Assembly: GCA_951406725.2 (NCBI GenBank)
Contig: OX597835.1
Location: 49,352,001-49,416,000 of the forward strand
Origin: Octopus vulgaris
Lineage: Eukaryota
Length of the DNA: 64,000 nucleotides
Direction of reading: 5' to 3'
The notes under the pieces were generated by a model, which ran no database searches, had not been told where the DNA came from, and saw nothing but the letters and a program-made list of their open reading frames with translations. Of the stretch, positions 16,214 through 30,335 are shown in pieces. Made by a program: the position numbers and the translations under genes. How positions within the stretch are numbered: position 1 is the stretch's first letter; each line of letters starts with the position of its first letter.

Positions 16214-16469
16214 TGGCGGAGAGAGCATAACTCAAACACACACATATACATAAGCGTGTGGATAGATAGATAGATACATACATACACATATCTTAATGCT
16301 TTCAACCATCCGGTTGTGGCCATGCTGGGGCAAACGGCATGACACCTAATTTCAACCACTGCGCTCAGTAATTGATGGATGACGGAGTTCGACGTCGCCG
16401 CCGCCGCCGCCGCCGTCGCCATTGTCATCTCTGCCTCCTGCTGCTCCGTGTAGCCTCCATGAGAATCGT

Positions 16470-16513
<44 letters not shown>

Positions 16514-16854
16514 ACGAACACACATATACTCACACGCACACATAGATGTATGCAAAATATGCATATTTGATTACGTTTTAATTTATGTTATGCAGATTTC
16601 GTCAAGTATATTGCTTCCGTTAAAGAGATGTTTTAAAACTCCATAAAAAAGGTTGTTAAAACGGTTTCAAGGTATTTTATGCGTTCGACCTATGAATATT
16701 TTATGGCTCTCTTACTCTACACAAACACGCATAGAGGCTAACAGATATGCGTGTGTGTTTGTGTGTGTATGTGTGCGTGTGTGTGTGGTGTGTGCTTACA
16801 CACACACACACGTAGATGTATATATGTTTATATACACACACGCGTATATGTATA

Positions 16855-16919
<65 letters not shown>

Positions 16920-17020
16920 GTATATATATGTGTATATATACGTATATATCTGTGTACATATGTATATAAATGTATATATGTATACATATACACTTATATA
17001 TGCGTGTATGATGTATGTAT

Positions 17021-17078
<58 letters not shown>

Positions 17079-17560
17079 TTATATATATATAAGCATATAG
17101 GATAAATATGATTTATATCATAAATGTATATAAATATGATTTATTATGCATATACATAACATGTGTACGTATATGTATGTATATATATACATACATACAC
17201 ACTTATATAATGTCTGCATTGAAATATGGTTAAATATATATCTGCTGTATATTAGAATATGATTAAATACAATTATGTGCGTTTTCGATATGATTAAGTA
17301 TGTTTATTATCGATGCTTATACATATTTACTGGAGCTGGTTCAGTTGATATCCATGCTTGAGCTGTGTGACATATACCTACATCTATATACGTATGTATG
17401 TACGCACACACGCACGCATACATACTCACTCACACGCACACACACATATATGTGTATATGTATTTATAAGTACGAACACACACTTATATTGAGGGGGGGG
17501 AGTGATGGGGTAAAAGCTAAGAGAAATGGTTTTGAAAATTGTTTTAACCCATCATTTAAA

Positions 17561-18320
17561 AGTCCTTTTGTCTTTTACTGGTTTCAAGCATTGGCTGAGG
17601 CCATTCTGGAGCACCGCCATTCAATGGGATCGGGGTCCTCTCCTGTACGGTTTCTGGGTAACGAGTTCGTCGGGGCCGCTCGTCGTTGTGCCTCCTGCGG
17701 CGATGTGTGTTCATTTGGTATCGCAGATAAAAATTTGTGCAGACCCAGTTTGAAGTCCTCCAATTCCACAACTCGTAAATTCTGAGGTCTTTTGGGGCAG
17801 AATGTTGAATAGTTGTGCACCCTTAAAACCCAAGCTGTTAAAATACTGGGTCCTTATCCTAGATGGAGAAAACAAGATCTTTAGTCTTATGCAGTGCCGT
17901 CCAGTCTAATGGTTGGTACAGCTTTGAATACCAAAGAAGGGAGCTAGAGCTCCCAGAGTCTTCCATATGACTGCATATCTCTCACCCCTTCACTCAAAGG
18001 AATACAGCTTCAGTTCGTTTAGCTTCTCCTCATCTGTTTCACCGAATTAGTCACCTTTGTGCAGTGGCTCTGGCATACCTCAAGTTCCACCACCAGTTTT
18101 TGACGCTCTGCAGTTGGGAGCAGTAACTCAGACGACTAAGGAGCAAAGTTCTTCATAGGAACGGAATGGTATCCTTTCTCCTGGTTCTGAAAGATCTCAG
18201 AATCCTTGCAGCTGCTCGCCTGCACAATATTGCCATCCTAGTAATATGTACATAGAATGTTGCATCGTTACTCATCTGGAATCCCCAGGGCGCGCACTGA
18301 CTCCGACTCTGGAATTGCTC
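17561..18320 (-). mobile_element. 5'-truncated, decayed CR1-group LINE (end of RT region plus 3' tail)
   Basis: Translation across frameshifts: ESVRALGI..MSNDATFYVHITRMAILCRR..ILRSFRTR..LSYCSQL..LKLYSFE*RGERYA..TGRHC..NSLGFKGAQLFNILP..FLSAIPNEHTS. Collinear with the 26137 copy; tail ggcggtgctccagaatggcctcag. Confidence 0.85.
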
Positions 18321-18394
18321 TGTATTTTATTTTTGTTTTTATATTTAATGTTAATAATTGTGCCAAATAGAGGCACGGAATCGGAGCGTGGCAC

Positions 18395-18545
18395 CAGTCC
18401 TGATACAACAGGAATGTGACAAGGCTGACCCTTTGACTTACGGGGCAACGTGAAATAAAGGACACAACGCGTCGCCGGGAATTGAACTCACGACCTTGCG
18501 ATCCTGAGCCGAATGCCCCTAACCACTCAGCCAATCGCCTTCACC
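18395..18545 (-). mobile_element. tRNA-derived SINE, family C
   Basis: A box tggctgagtggttagg and B box gagttcaattccc, followed by gcgttgtgtccttt...ttcacgttgc; no complete tRNA cloverleaf. Confidence 0.75.
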
Positions 18546-18814
18546 TGCCAAAGCAGTATTCTTGCCCTTTTAAACAACAAATTTGTCGATGGTATCCGAC
18601 TCAGAACCCAGAAAATAAAAAAAGTTATAAATAATCCGTCACCTCGCGCATCCCGGGTACGATTAGTAGAATATTAGGTGTTGGGAGCGGTTTCAGGGAG
18701 CAAGAAGGTTATCCAAGGACAATTTCCTCCCCTCCACTCCTCCCCCACATCACTCCCGAATGTTTTAGATGGCGTCACAGCCCGCCTTCTGCCAAAATAC
18801 CGGTCAAGTGAGCA

Positions 18815-18990
18815 GCAATGTGATCTCCCGATCTACTAGAAACAGCAGCCAAATCTTCATCCCCACGCCCCACTGCCTTGGAGAATGAAACCCGACATAT
18901 TCGCTAAAAAAGACGGGACGGCCACGACCGTAAAGCTTTTTTAATTATTAATATGTTTGATCTAGGCTGACCTTGGGCTAAATAACAGCA
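18815..18990 (+). mobile_element. Interspersed repeat family D
   Basis: ctactagaaacagcagccaaatct...aaaaagacgggacggccacg...ggctgaccttgggctaaataacagc. Confidence 0.6.
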
Positions 18991-19379
18991 GCATCAATAA
19001 TAATACTTATAATCTGTTCTTGTTCAACATGGGGAGGGATTCTATAATGGGTTGCAATTTACGGATTATGCGACTTTCCCGGATTGCATCCTTCTTTTCC
19101 CAATCCCTATTTTGGCCATGGTGACGATGCAGGGGACTGCTTGCTTCTGTAAAATTTAAATTATTTTAAATTGTTTAATAATTCCATTGCATATCAAATG
19201 AATAAATTAATTGATAACTAAAGACGATATTCTATAGAATTCTTAAGGTTCTGTTATGGACCTCAAGTGGCGGGGGTGGGGATTAATAGGACGGATTACA
19301 AGAAACGGTCGCGGATTAGCGCAAGATCGATTATGAAAAATAGCAAGGCATGGAAATATACACACACACACATGCACAC

Positions 19380-19411
<32 letters not shown>

Positions 19412-20098
19412 CAGTAAAGAAATGGCGAAGGAATAAATGATTATCTTATCAACCACATTATAAGATGTGAGTGACATCTTAGTTTCATCAGACCCTCAAA
19501 CATGAAGTGTAATTTTATATGTATGTATGTATGTGTGTGTAAATACTCGAGCGGCGTTACCTGTCATATATGCCAGGAAAGTCTGAAAGCATATTTTTTC
19601 CGTAACATCAGGAAATGGGAAACACATTGAATAGTTCTAATTTAACTTTTATCAAATGTCTTTGTGCTTATAGAAAATCATGAAACGCTCATTAATTTTC
19701 AAAAGGAGTAATATTTATTACCTTAAAATATAATTCAATAAGCATTGTCAAAAAATGTATTAAAAAAATCCCCGAAAACATAATTATATGGAAAGTTCAG
19801 ACATACACCCACCCAAACACACGTGTATATATATATATATACCCACTCTCCTCCCCCTCCCCACTTCTGTCTATGATCCTGTCTAAATTACGTTGCTCTG
19901 TGTGTGTGTGTGTGTGTGTAGCGTACCTTTTACTCATTGTCTGCAACTAAGCCTGTTACCGCTTGTGTTAATTATCTCTCTGTGTCCCTTCCCCCACTCC
20001 ATACGATGTAAAGCGTGTCTGGAGAAATCAACTAACCAACCAATAAACCCTTATTTTGGTTGGGACACTATTGGGATTTAGGGGACGGGGGGAGGGGG

Positions 20099-20260
20099 AG
20101 AGCTGGGGCAAATGCTCAGCAGCCTTTCGTCCGTCTCGAAATTTTCTGAGTTCAAATTCCGTCAAGATCGACTTTGCTTTTCGAAGAACCATTTGAATAC
20201 TGGGGTTGTGTAATCCATTAACTCTTCCTCTGCAAAATGGTTCTCTGTAGAATGGAATCA
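20099..20260 (+). mobile_element. SINE family A, internally deleted
   Basis: gcaaatgctcagcagcctttcgtccgtc...ctgagttcaaattccgtcaagatcgactttgcttttc. Further degenerate copies near 20330-20400 and 20700-20870. Confidence 0.7.
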
Positions 20261-21254
20261 AGATTATATAGATCCCTAATTCAAACTAAGAAATATGACC
20301 ATAAATGGTAGGGTTTGAAGATTACCATAGGTTAAATCTTCCAGGGTCCGATGATATAAAATACCAGTCATACAGTGGGTCCATAAATGTAACCCAAACA
20401 ACGCTCTACAAATGTGTGCATTGTAACCTGCTATAGATCAGGGTTTTTACATCCGATCCCTTCTGGCAATAATAAAATAGGGACCTTAAACCGATCAAGT
20501 ACCTAATACTACTTAGGGTTAGATTAGAAGTGGGCGGGGGACCGTTGGGCTTAAGATAAGAAGCATAAACGAACCAGTTATGCAAGGGCTGTCTGTTTTT
20601 ATAATGCTAAAACCCTAACACATTAGATTGTGGAACCTTTTAGGCTTAAATTAGATGCGAATCATTTGGCTGAATTCTTAACGGGGAGAAATATGGAGAA
20701 AAAAAAATGTCTTTCGTTGTTTAGTTTTGAGTTCAAACCCTACTAAGGTGAACTTTGCATTTTAACTTTCAGGGATCGGTAAAATAACGCACCAGTTAAT
20801 TCTTGGAATCGATGTTATCGATTAAAACTATTCCTTAAATTTGAGGCCTTCTAACCATCAAAGAAAATCGATATAATCCTCTACACACACACACACACAC
20901 CTCCTACTTCCTCTTTTCACCCTCTCTCTTTCTGTCTGTCTCGCCATTACTACTTGTACCGTCTCGTTTTCTCTCTCTCTTTCCCTGCACTTCTTACTCC
21001 CCCTTCGTCTCCTTCACACACACACACACACTCTCCTCTCTCTCTCTCTCTCTCTCTGTGTTTACTGCTGCCTCACACTCCCTCTCGCGTTGTTTCTGTT
21101 TCTCCCCCTCTCTTTCTTGCTCACTCCTATCACTTTCATATCTTTCTCTCTCTTACCTTCACTTCCAATGTTTGGTAATTCCTCGCACTAATCATGTTTG
21201 TTTACGACGGAAATACGAACACAGCAGACTGTGTTCATGTGAGTGACACCATTA

Positions 21255-21268
21255 CTATTATTGTTATT

Positions 21269-21312
<44 letters not shown>

Positions 21313-21395
21313 ATTCATCAGCATCATCATCATCGTCATCATCATCATCATTATTATTATTATTATTGATCGATCATCATCATCATCGTTATTGT
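21255..21395. repeat. (ATC/ATT)n microsatellite
   Basis: Read directly. Confidence 0.9.
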
Positions 21396-21493
21396 TGTTT
21401 ATTTATATTAATTTATAATGCAGACAGAAAAGTCGACAATTAACTGACTGTTGTGGCAATAAACAACATATATACACACATACATATAGTTAC

Positions 21494-21524
<31 letters not shown>

Positions 21525-21694
21525 CACACACACACATACATATTCATGCAAACAAATACACATGTACATATAGGCTTGCATACACATACATTCATATATG
21601 TGTGTGTGTGCGTGTGTGTGTGTGTGTGTGTGTACATATAATCACACAAACTATGCACGAACATACATACACACACAACGTATATGCTGAGGAG

Positions 21695-21890
21695 TCCGTG
21701 TTTGTCTCGTCAGTGTGTGTTGGTTTGTTGACGTCTCCCTAATCAAGCCTTTTGCGAAAAGAAGCTCGGCAGAAGAAGTAGTAGACTTAAAAGAGGGACT
21801 GGGGTCAGTATGATTAGCTGAACCCTTCAAAGGCAGTGCCCCAGCATGGCCGCGTTCCAACGCGATGTAGGTAGAACAACGAAAAGATGC
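21695..21890 (+). mobile_element. SINE family B, 3' part
   Basis: actggggtcag...ttcaaaggcagtgccccagcatggccgcg tail. Confidence 0.7.
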
Positions 21891-22036
21891 ACTAACACAC
21901 CCGGCAACAAACACAAAGGGTCACTGGGCCCGCAACGTGTTTCAGGGCCCGCAACCTACGAACTTGTAGCCTTTCAGTCCTTAATAAGAGTTGCAGATTT
22001 TGTATATTAATACACAACAACGCACCTGCACACAGA

Positions 22037-22095
<59 letters not shown>

Positions 22096-22177
22096 ACACA
22101 AGACCCACGCTTTTAGGTTAATAGACAGACATATATAAATGTATATACACATGTATATATCTATATATATATATCTT

Positions 22178-22370
22178 AATGTTTTAGTTGCTTCAGTCAT
22201 TCGACTGCGGCCAAGCTGGGGCAGCACTTTGAAGAGCTTTCAGTTGAATGAATCAACTTCAGTATTCTTCTTAACGCATGGCACTTAATCGATCGGTTTC
22301 TTTTGACGAACAGCTAAGTTACAAGAGCGTAAACACACCAATGCCGGTTGTTAAGCGGTGGTGGCGGACA
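22178..22370 (-). mobile_element. SINE family B, 3' part
   Basis: Reverse complement: cttaacaaccggcattggtgtgtttacg...gtaacttagc...gaaaccgatcga...ccccagcttggccgcagtcgaatgactgaagc. Confidence 0.8.
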
Positions 22371-22942
22371 AATGCAGACACAGACACACGTGTTTGTTTG
22401 CGCGCGTTTTGTCTGTTTACACACACACACACACACGCACACACACGCACACACACACACACACATACACACACATACATCTGACTAAAAGAACAGACAA
22501 ATACACTGATATATTGATGTATATTTTCTGTGTGCTTTCAAATGTGTTGGTCGTTTCGGTTTTGTACGTAAGCATGTTTGCACGTGTCTGTGTGTGTATA
22601 CGTTCGAAAGAGTGCGTGAGTGTGTACGTGTAGGACGAAGCGCAGCATAACCCCGCCTAAGTCCAATATCCAACCATTTGTATTTCCCGCCTTTTTTCAG
22701 CAATGAAACGAGCAAATTATGCTGTCATACGTAAATGCGCGCCCGCGCACACTAACAAGCACACACGCACATACAAACACATACAAGCACACATAGACAT
22801 ATGTATAGGTATACATAAATCTCTGTCTGCGTGTGTGTGTGTGTATAATATGTACATCTTCGTGTTGACCGGTGACTCGAAAGAGGTACACCCACCCAAG
22901 CATATATATATATATACACATACGAGTATAAATATGCATGCA

Positions 22943-22995
<53 letters not shown>

Positions 22996-23089
22996 GAGTA
23001 TAAATATGTATGTATATATGTATGTATGTATGTATATATATACACATATATATGTATATGTGTATATATATAAATATATATATATATGT

Positions 23090-23140
23090 GTCATCGCGTT
23101 GCTGTTTTTTTCTCTTTTTTCTGTGTTTTCTTGTTTGGAT

Positions 23141-23146
<6 letters not shown>
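23090..23146 (+). mobile_element. Extreme 3' fragment of the Penelope-like family seen at 36914-37125, in (TA)n
   Basis: tcgcgttgctgtttt...gtgttttcttgtttggattaact matches the reverse complement of 36914-36962. Confidence 0.6.
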
Positions 23147-23179
<33 letters not shown>

Positions 23180-23282
23180 GCTGTTATTATTGGAGCTCGT
23201 ATACATGTATGTATGAATCTATGCATAAATGTATGTGTTTAAACACAGATATTCACACACACACATTCGCACATATATGTAT

Positions 23283-23340
<58 letters not shown>

Positions 23341-23632
23341 GTAATGTACATGTATGTATAATTCCTACGATATCTCTCTCAAATCTCTGCCACATTATCA
23401 GTCTATCTATCAGCCCTAACCATCAAGGCGTATATTTTCCTCCGACCGCCCCACCGCATCCCACACTAACCAACCCCGACTCATCACCCTTTACCCCACC
23501 CCACCCCTAATCTTATTAGACACTGAAGTATGGGAGGAATTTGAATTTATTTATTAAGGAGAGTGTTTAGGGGTTGTTTGCATGAAACACAAGCAGACAT
23601 AAACACAGAGGCTAATATAGATAGAAAATGGG

Positions 23633-23728
<96 letters not shown>

Positions 23729-23772
23729 TCACATATACATATATATATATACAAACATGCATCCATATACAT

Positions 23773-23848
<76 letters not shown>

Positions 23849-25152
23849 GTATGTATATATATATATGTATATATATATGAGTGTGTGTGTACATATATTA
23901 TATATATACAAATATATTTTATATATATACATGTATATATTATACATATATATATTATATATTACATATTATATAATGTATATATATATACATATATATT
24001 TTATATATATACATGTATATATTTTACATATATATATATTATATTATACATATATATTATATATTACATATTATATATATACATATATATTACATATATT
24101 ATATATTATACATATATATCATATATATACTTATATATATATACATATATATATTATATATACATATATATATTATATATTATACTTACTACATATATTA
24201 TATATATATATACGTATATACTATTTATATTAAATATAATTACTATATTATATATACTATATCAAGTATATTATATATATTATACTATATATATACTATA
24301 TATATGCATATATATATTATATATGTGTGTGTGAATGCATTCACATATGTATACGCACCCGCACATATAAACCTGCACTGATTCACACACACAGCCAGAC
24401 ACACACTCACAAACGCACATGCAAGTAGGGAAAGACAATGATTTTATAAAGCACTTGGAGATGTTAATGTATATATATACGCAAATGAGCACACACATTT
24501 ATATACACGCACACATACGCAGACACAGGCACACGCATATATATAAATCTGTGGGATCTTTAGTATGTTTGTGTATATATACATACATGTACATACACAC
24601 ACATATACATGTATGTACTTATGTATGTATGTATGTATGTATGTACGTATGTATATATGTATGTATATATGTATGTATGTATGTATGTATGCATGTATGT
24701 ATGTATGTATGTATGTATGTATGTATAAGTCTGTACGTATGTATGTATAAGTCTGTGTCTGTATATATATATATATATATATATATAAGTATGAATTTGC
24801 TTATGGCGATTTGTACATACGGTCATTGACCAAGTTTATAATACATAATTACACTACACTTCAACACCAATAGATGCGTAGACACATAATCATGCGTGTC
24901 TGTGTATGGGTATGAGTTTGCCTATGTGTGTGTGTGTGTGTGTGTGTGTGTATAGAAATATGCACATGTGTCTATATAACCATATTTGCATAAGTATATA
25001 TGTATATCTACCTATTTATATGTGTGTGTGTGTGCGTTTGTGTGTGTGTGTGTGTGTGCCAATGAGCGGTGGTGCATATAACTATGGATATGTGTCATAA
25101 TAAAAGGTGTATACATGTAACTTGATACTCTATCTTTCTGAAGATATATATA

Positions 25153-25263
<111 letters not shown>

Positions 25264-25274
25264 TATAGATATAT

Positions 25275-25380
<106 letters not shown>

Positions 25381-25559
25381 ATATATATATATATATTAGA
25401 AAAATTGAGGTAATCAGATCAGATGGTTCATATTTGTAGATATTTATTTATATATTACATTTTTTACATATATATCATATCATTCGGATTAGCGCTTGCT
25501 CCCATTCTAGTGGGTTTTCAAATCAAATCAAAATATATATATATATATATATATGTATG

Positions 25560-25601
<42 letters not shown>

Positions 25602-25830
25602 ATATATATATATATATATATACATATGTATGTATGTATATATATATGTATATGTATATGTATGTGTGTATGTATGTATGTATATATGTACATATGTATA
25701 TATATATGTGTATGTATATATATATGTATATATATATGTATGTATATATATATATATATATGTGTATGTATATATATATGTATATATATATATATGTATG
25801 TATATATATATATATATGTATGAATGTATG

Positions 25831-25913
<83 letters not shown>

Positions 25914-25960
25914 ATACATATATATATATATATATATAAGCATCTAAATATATTTATACA

Positions 25961-26032
<72 letters not shown>

Positions 26033-26042
26033 TATATATATG

Positions 26043-26130
26043 TACGAGGTGTGTTTAAAAACTCTGCAGTTTTATTTTTCCCGCGAAACTAATGCGGCGC
26101 TGTCAAAAAGCGTTCGAGTGGCATAAACCC
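26043..26130 (+). mobile_element. Possible mariner-like transposon terminus, truncated by the LINE
   Basis: Begins TACGAGGTGTGTTTAAAAA after a TA array, similar to mariner TIR starts; no partner TIR found. Confidence 0.3.
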
Positions 26131-26136
26131 ATGGTT

Positions 26137-26900
26137 CATCACCTTTCATGTGCATGTTGCTAAATTGGCAATGAAATGTGGGCGGCTGACCTGATGGATT
26201 CTTAGAGCTTTTAGAACAAGAGACCTGGAAACCATAATGCTCCTTTGGAGAACACTTGTCCTAAGCCACTTTGACTATTGCTCTCAGCTATGGTCACCAA
26301 CCAGTGTCAAATTAATCACAGATCTTGAGGTGATCCAACGAAGCTACACGAAGAAGATAGCCTCTGTGCAGCATATATGCTATAGGGAAAGACTCAAGAG
26401 ATTAAGACTCTATTCCTTAGAGCGTAGGCGGGAAAGATATGCCATAATATACATCTGGAAGATCCTAGAAGGACTTGTCCCAAACTTTGGCATCGAGAGT
26501 TACACAAATGCCAGAACTGGGCGCCACTGCATAGTGCCAAGGACTCCAAATTTGCCATCAAGATGTAGGACAAGATACTGTGATAGCCTGGGCTTCCGAG
26601 GCCCATAGCTCTTCAATATCCTCCCAAAGAACCTAAGAGACCTGCATGGGGTGGATGCAGCTGTCTTTAGAATAAATCTGGATCTCTTCCTGTCAGGTGT
26701 CCCAGATGAACCAACTTCACGGCAGGAGGTGCAGATGAAGGCAGCTGCATCAAACTCTCTCATGCACCAAATGGCAATTGCTAAAAAGCATTCGTGAAGT
26801 AAAATCATGTAGCAACACCAAATGGCGGTGCCCCAGCATGGCCACAGCTCGTGAGCAGAAACTAGATAAAATGAAAAAATATAAAATAAAAAAATAAAAT
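26137..26900 (+). mobile_element. 5'-truncated CR1-group LINE (post-RT C-terminus plus 3' UTR)
   Basis: TFHVHVAKLAMKCGRL..WILRAFRTRD..LSHFDYCSQLWSP..LEVIQRSYTK..RLKRLRLYSLERRRERY..GP*LFNILP..FLSGVPDEP; in-frame stops; A-rich tail. Confidence 0.9.
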
Positions 26901-26917
26901 ATATACATATACATACT

Positions 26918-26949
<32 letters not shown>

Positions 26950-26960
26950 CATATATACAT

Positions 26961-27032
<72 letters not shown>

Positions 27033-27237
27033 TCCTTAGCATCATGTGTTTTGTATGTGCGTGCTATGTGTCCAAGTCGTCAACGTAATGTGGGAGTGAG
27101 GTATGTGTTTGTGTTCGTGTTTTTGTACATGGCTGTTTATTTGCGTTCGTATTTGTAGGCGTAAGTATGTCCGCCGTGTGCGTTTCATACAGCATCATTA
27201 GTGAGAGGAGAAGCACATCCACTCATCCTCCATACAC

Positions 27238-27268
<31 letters not shown>

Positions 27269-27773
27269 AACACTGCATCACTATAAGATGCAGCACACGA
27301 AACTATAAATAATACCCTGAGGGGACGACGATATTTGAGTTTATTTCTGTCAAAATGTCTTTCATACTTATACACACGGAATCACACGCATAAGCACACA
27401 CCATACATACATACATACACACATATACACATACATACATGCATTACATATGCAGATTCACACACATATGCGCTCTTACAAACACACCGAAACATGAATA
27501 CTTTCTTGTATGTATGTATGTATGTATGTATGTGTGTATGTATGTGCGTATGTGCGCGCTTACGTTTATATGTGTGTATGTGGACTTAGAAATGTCGTTA
27601 TGTATCCAGTTTTTTCGTATTTGTGTGTGTGTATATATTTACAGATGGGTATAAGACATCTATGCATATGTGAGTATATGTTAGTCTGTCTGCTTATGTG
27701 TCGATATCACTGAGTGTATTTGAGAATGTATGTGTGTGTGTGTGTATGCATTGATCTGTTTATCTTTCAGATG

Positions 27774-27863
<90 letters not shown>

Positions 27864-27917
27864 CTGATAGATTAGACAGATAGATAGAATGTGCACGTGG
27901 ATACGTATGTGTAAATA

Positions 27918-28844
27918 TTGGGTCATCCCATAAATAATGCGGTATTTTTCAATTGTATGAACTAAAAGTTGGAGGGGGACAGGATAAACTACCTGCATCA
28001 ACTTGCTATAAAAGCAGGAAATAATTTTACTTTGTCCTTATTCTTAGTGCAAATTCTGAAGAGTGCAGTTCGATTTTAACAGTTATTTTTTCAAAACTAT
28101 AATGGAAGTGACGAAGGAGTATATTCGGCATATTTTGCTTTATGAATTCATTAAAGGCAACAGCGCAATGGAAAGTGCGAAGAACATTAATGCAGTATTT
28201 GGGAATCGGGCAATAGGCGTAAGTAGGCCAGCGTCAATGGTAGCTCCAGAAATTCCGAACAGGAAACTATAGCCTAGAAGATGAGCCTCGTCTTGGAAGA
28301 TCTGTAGAGCTCGATGTGGACGTCCTGCAAACCCTGGTGGAACAAAATCCCACCGTACCTGTTAAGGAACTAGCAGAGAAGCTTGGATTTGATCATTCAT
28401 CTAGTCATTCAGGTCAGCGCCAGAAGTAAAACGACCATCTTTGATTTCAAGTCGAAAGGTGTTCTCCCATCAGGATAATGCTCGGCCACAGCGAGGATGG
28501 CATTCCAAAGGCTGGAGCGGTTTGAATGTGAAACGATACCCCACCCATCATATTCAATGGACATTGCCCCATCTGATTATCATTTGTTCCGTACTCTTAA
28601 AAATCATTTGAACAGAAAAATACGAATTCTGTAGACGAGGTCAGAACAGTACTGGAAGAGTATTTTTCGTCACGGACAAGTGAATTTTGGAAGAGGGGCC
28701 CTGAAAATCTACTAGATAGATGGAAGAGCATTGTAGAAAATGAAGGCGAATATGTTTTAGATTAAAAAGTGAACTTTGCTTCACTTGATTTCTGAAAAAT
28801 AAAAGAAGTATAAAAAAAAGCGCATTATTTATGGGATGACCCAA
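27918..28844 (+). mobile_element. Mariner (Tc1/mariner) DNA transposon, internally deleted
   Basis: 24-bp TIRs ttgggtcatcccataaataatgcg / cgcattatttatgggatgacccaa, with TA on both sides (27916-17, 28845-46). Confidence 0.95.
28102..28765 (+). pseudogene. Mariner transposase pseudogene (frameshifts, central deletion)
   Basis: MEVTKEYIRHILLYEF..LEDEPRLGR..VKELAEKLG (HTH part), then HQDNARP..HPSYSMDIAPSDYHLF..RWKSIVENEGEYVLD*. Matches the mariner DNARPH and YSPDLAPSDYHLF motifs; the WVPHEL and first-Asp region is missing. Confidence 0.9.
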
Positions 28845-28923
28845 TATATGCACGTGGATATACGTTCGTGTTTATATGTAGAGATATGCATGTATAATAT
28901 TTATATGTATATATCTATCCATG

Positions 28924-28963
<40 letters not shown>

Positions 28964-29025
28964 CATACATACATACATACATACATGCATACACACACAA
29001 TTACATGCATACACACACACATACA

Positions 29026-29056
<31 letters not shown>

Positions 29057-29484
29057 TCAAATACTGTAAACTATTTTATCCGACCCTGTTTCTATTTGAG
29101 GTTTTATTGATACTGGTTTTTAACATAGAGTACAAGTTTCTCCACTCCTCCGTTTTGGGAAACGTTTGTAAATGATTCTATGGGCCGCAGCAGACGACTA
29201 GGACTTACTTTTATCCACAATTTATAAGAATATAAGGCAATGTTGAAAGAAATATTTCTGTTATAGGTATATGAGCCTTGAATAAGGGATTTAATTAAAT
29301 GAGCAAAATAGAAAAACCTTGAGCTCTGTTGGGAGTTTGAACTGCTGATATCAAGAGCCGCAACTAAATACTGCTTGTATTACATCCAGCGCCTTAACGA
29401 TTTGGTCAGTTAGCTCAAAGTGAGGCGTCTGAGGTGCAAAGCATTTCGTCCCAAAGTACAGAGTGACCCAAAATGGGTGTTTAG

Positions 29485-29695
29485 CCCTTTTCTTTGCCAA
29501 AACATTTTCATAGGTCTATTCTAAATGTCTGCCAGGGCTTTAGTTAGCTCTTGATTCAAACGTTCTGTGTAATATGAAGTTTTCCTTTTAGAAGTTAGTC
29601 GGGCAGTTGAAAAGATTGAGAATGTGTATCATCATATTTGGTGCTTGGAGGCGGAGGAAATACGTCCTGTGTACCTTTGCTCCAGCGGTAAAGGG
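29485..29695. mobile_element. Possible piggyBac-type MITE
   Basis: ttag-CCCTTT ... AAAGGG-ttaa: short TIR with one perfect and one imperfect TTAA. Confidence 0.35.
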
Positions 29696-30043
29696 TTAAT
29701 ATTCTAATTATATATCTTATTTTATTTGTTTACTTTTACAATTTTGATTTTTATAAAATCTTTGAGGTCCCATGTTAGCTTCATGTTAGAGTCTGATAAT
29801 TTAAGATGACGTATGAAGTGAAAACTGAAACGTTTTGGACTTTCGTCATTTGTCAGAGATACACAGTGTAAAACAGTCCGACAGAACAGAGAGACAGGCA
29901 GACAAGCAGCCTGGCAAATCGAGGCAAGATTCAGAGATAGATGAAGGCAAATAGAGAATAGTAATGCCGCTTAGAATGAGGACAAATAATCTATAAAGAA
30001 AGTAATGGAATCATGAGGGAGGAGCGTCGGTGGGCTGAGAGAG

Positions 30044-30101
<58 letters not shown>

Positions 30102-30278
30102 CAGACAGACAGATAGAGACACAAGTTCACAGATATAGATCTAGACAGAACGAGACATATAAAGACGGAATAATTTTGCCGCTTAGGATGAGGACAAATA
30201 AATGAGGAAAAGACCTGAAAAAGACCATGTGGGGGGGGGGGGAAGAAGGAACTGCTGAGACGGATATGTATATGCATA

Positions 30279-30335
<57 letters not shown>

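Noticed and set aside
16290-16470. Minus-strand MTMATAAAAAATSNSV... as a first exon
   Set aside because: The poly-Ala comes from a short (GCC)n and the frame runs into a SINE-B tail fragment; no convincing splice donor or homology.
18460-18545. tRNA gene
   Set aside because: A and B boxes are present but the acceptor stem does not close and the sequence continues into SINE body; it is a SINE head.
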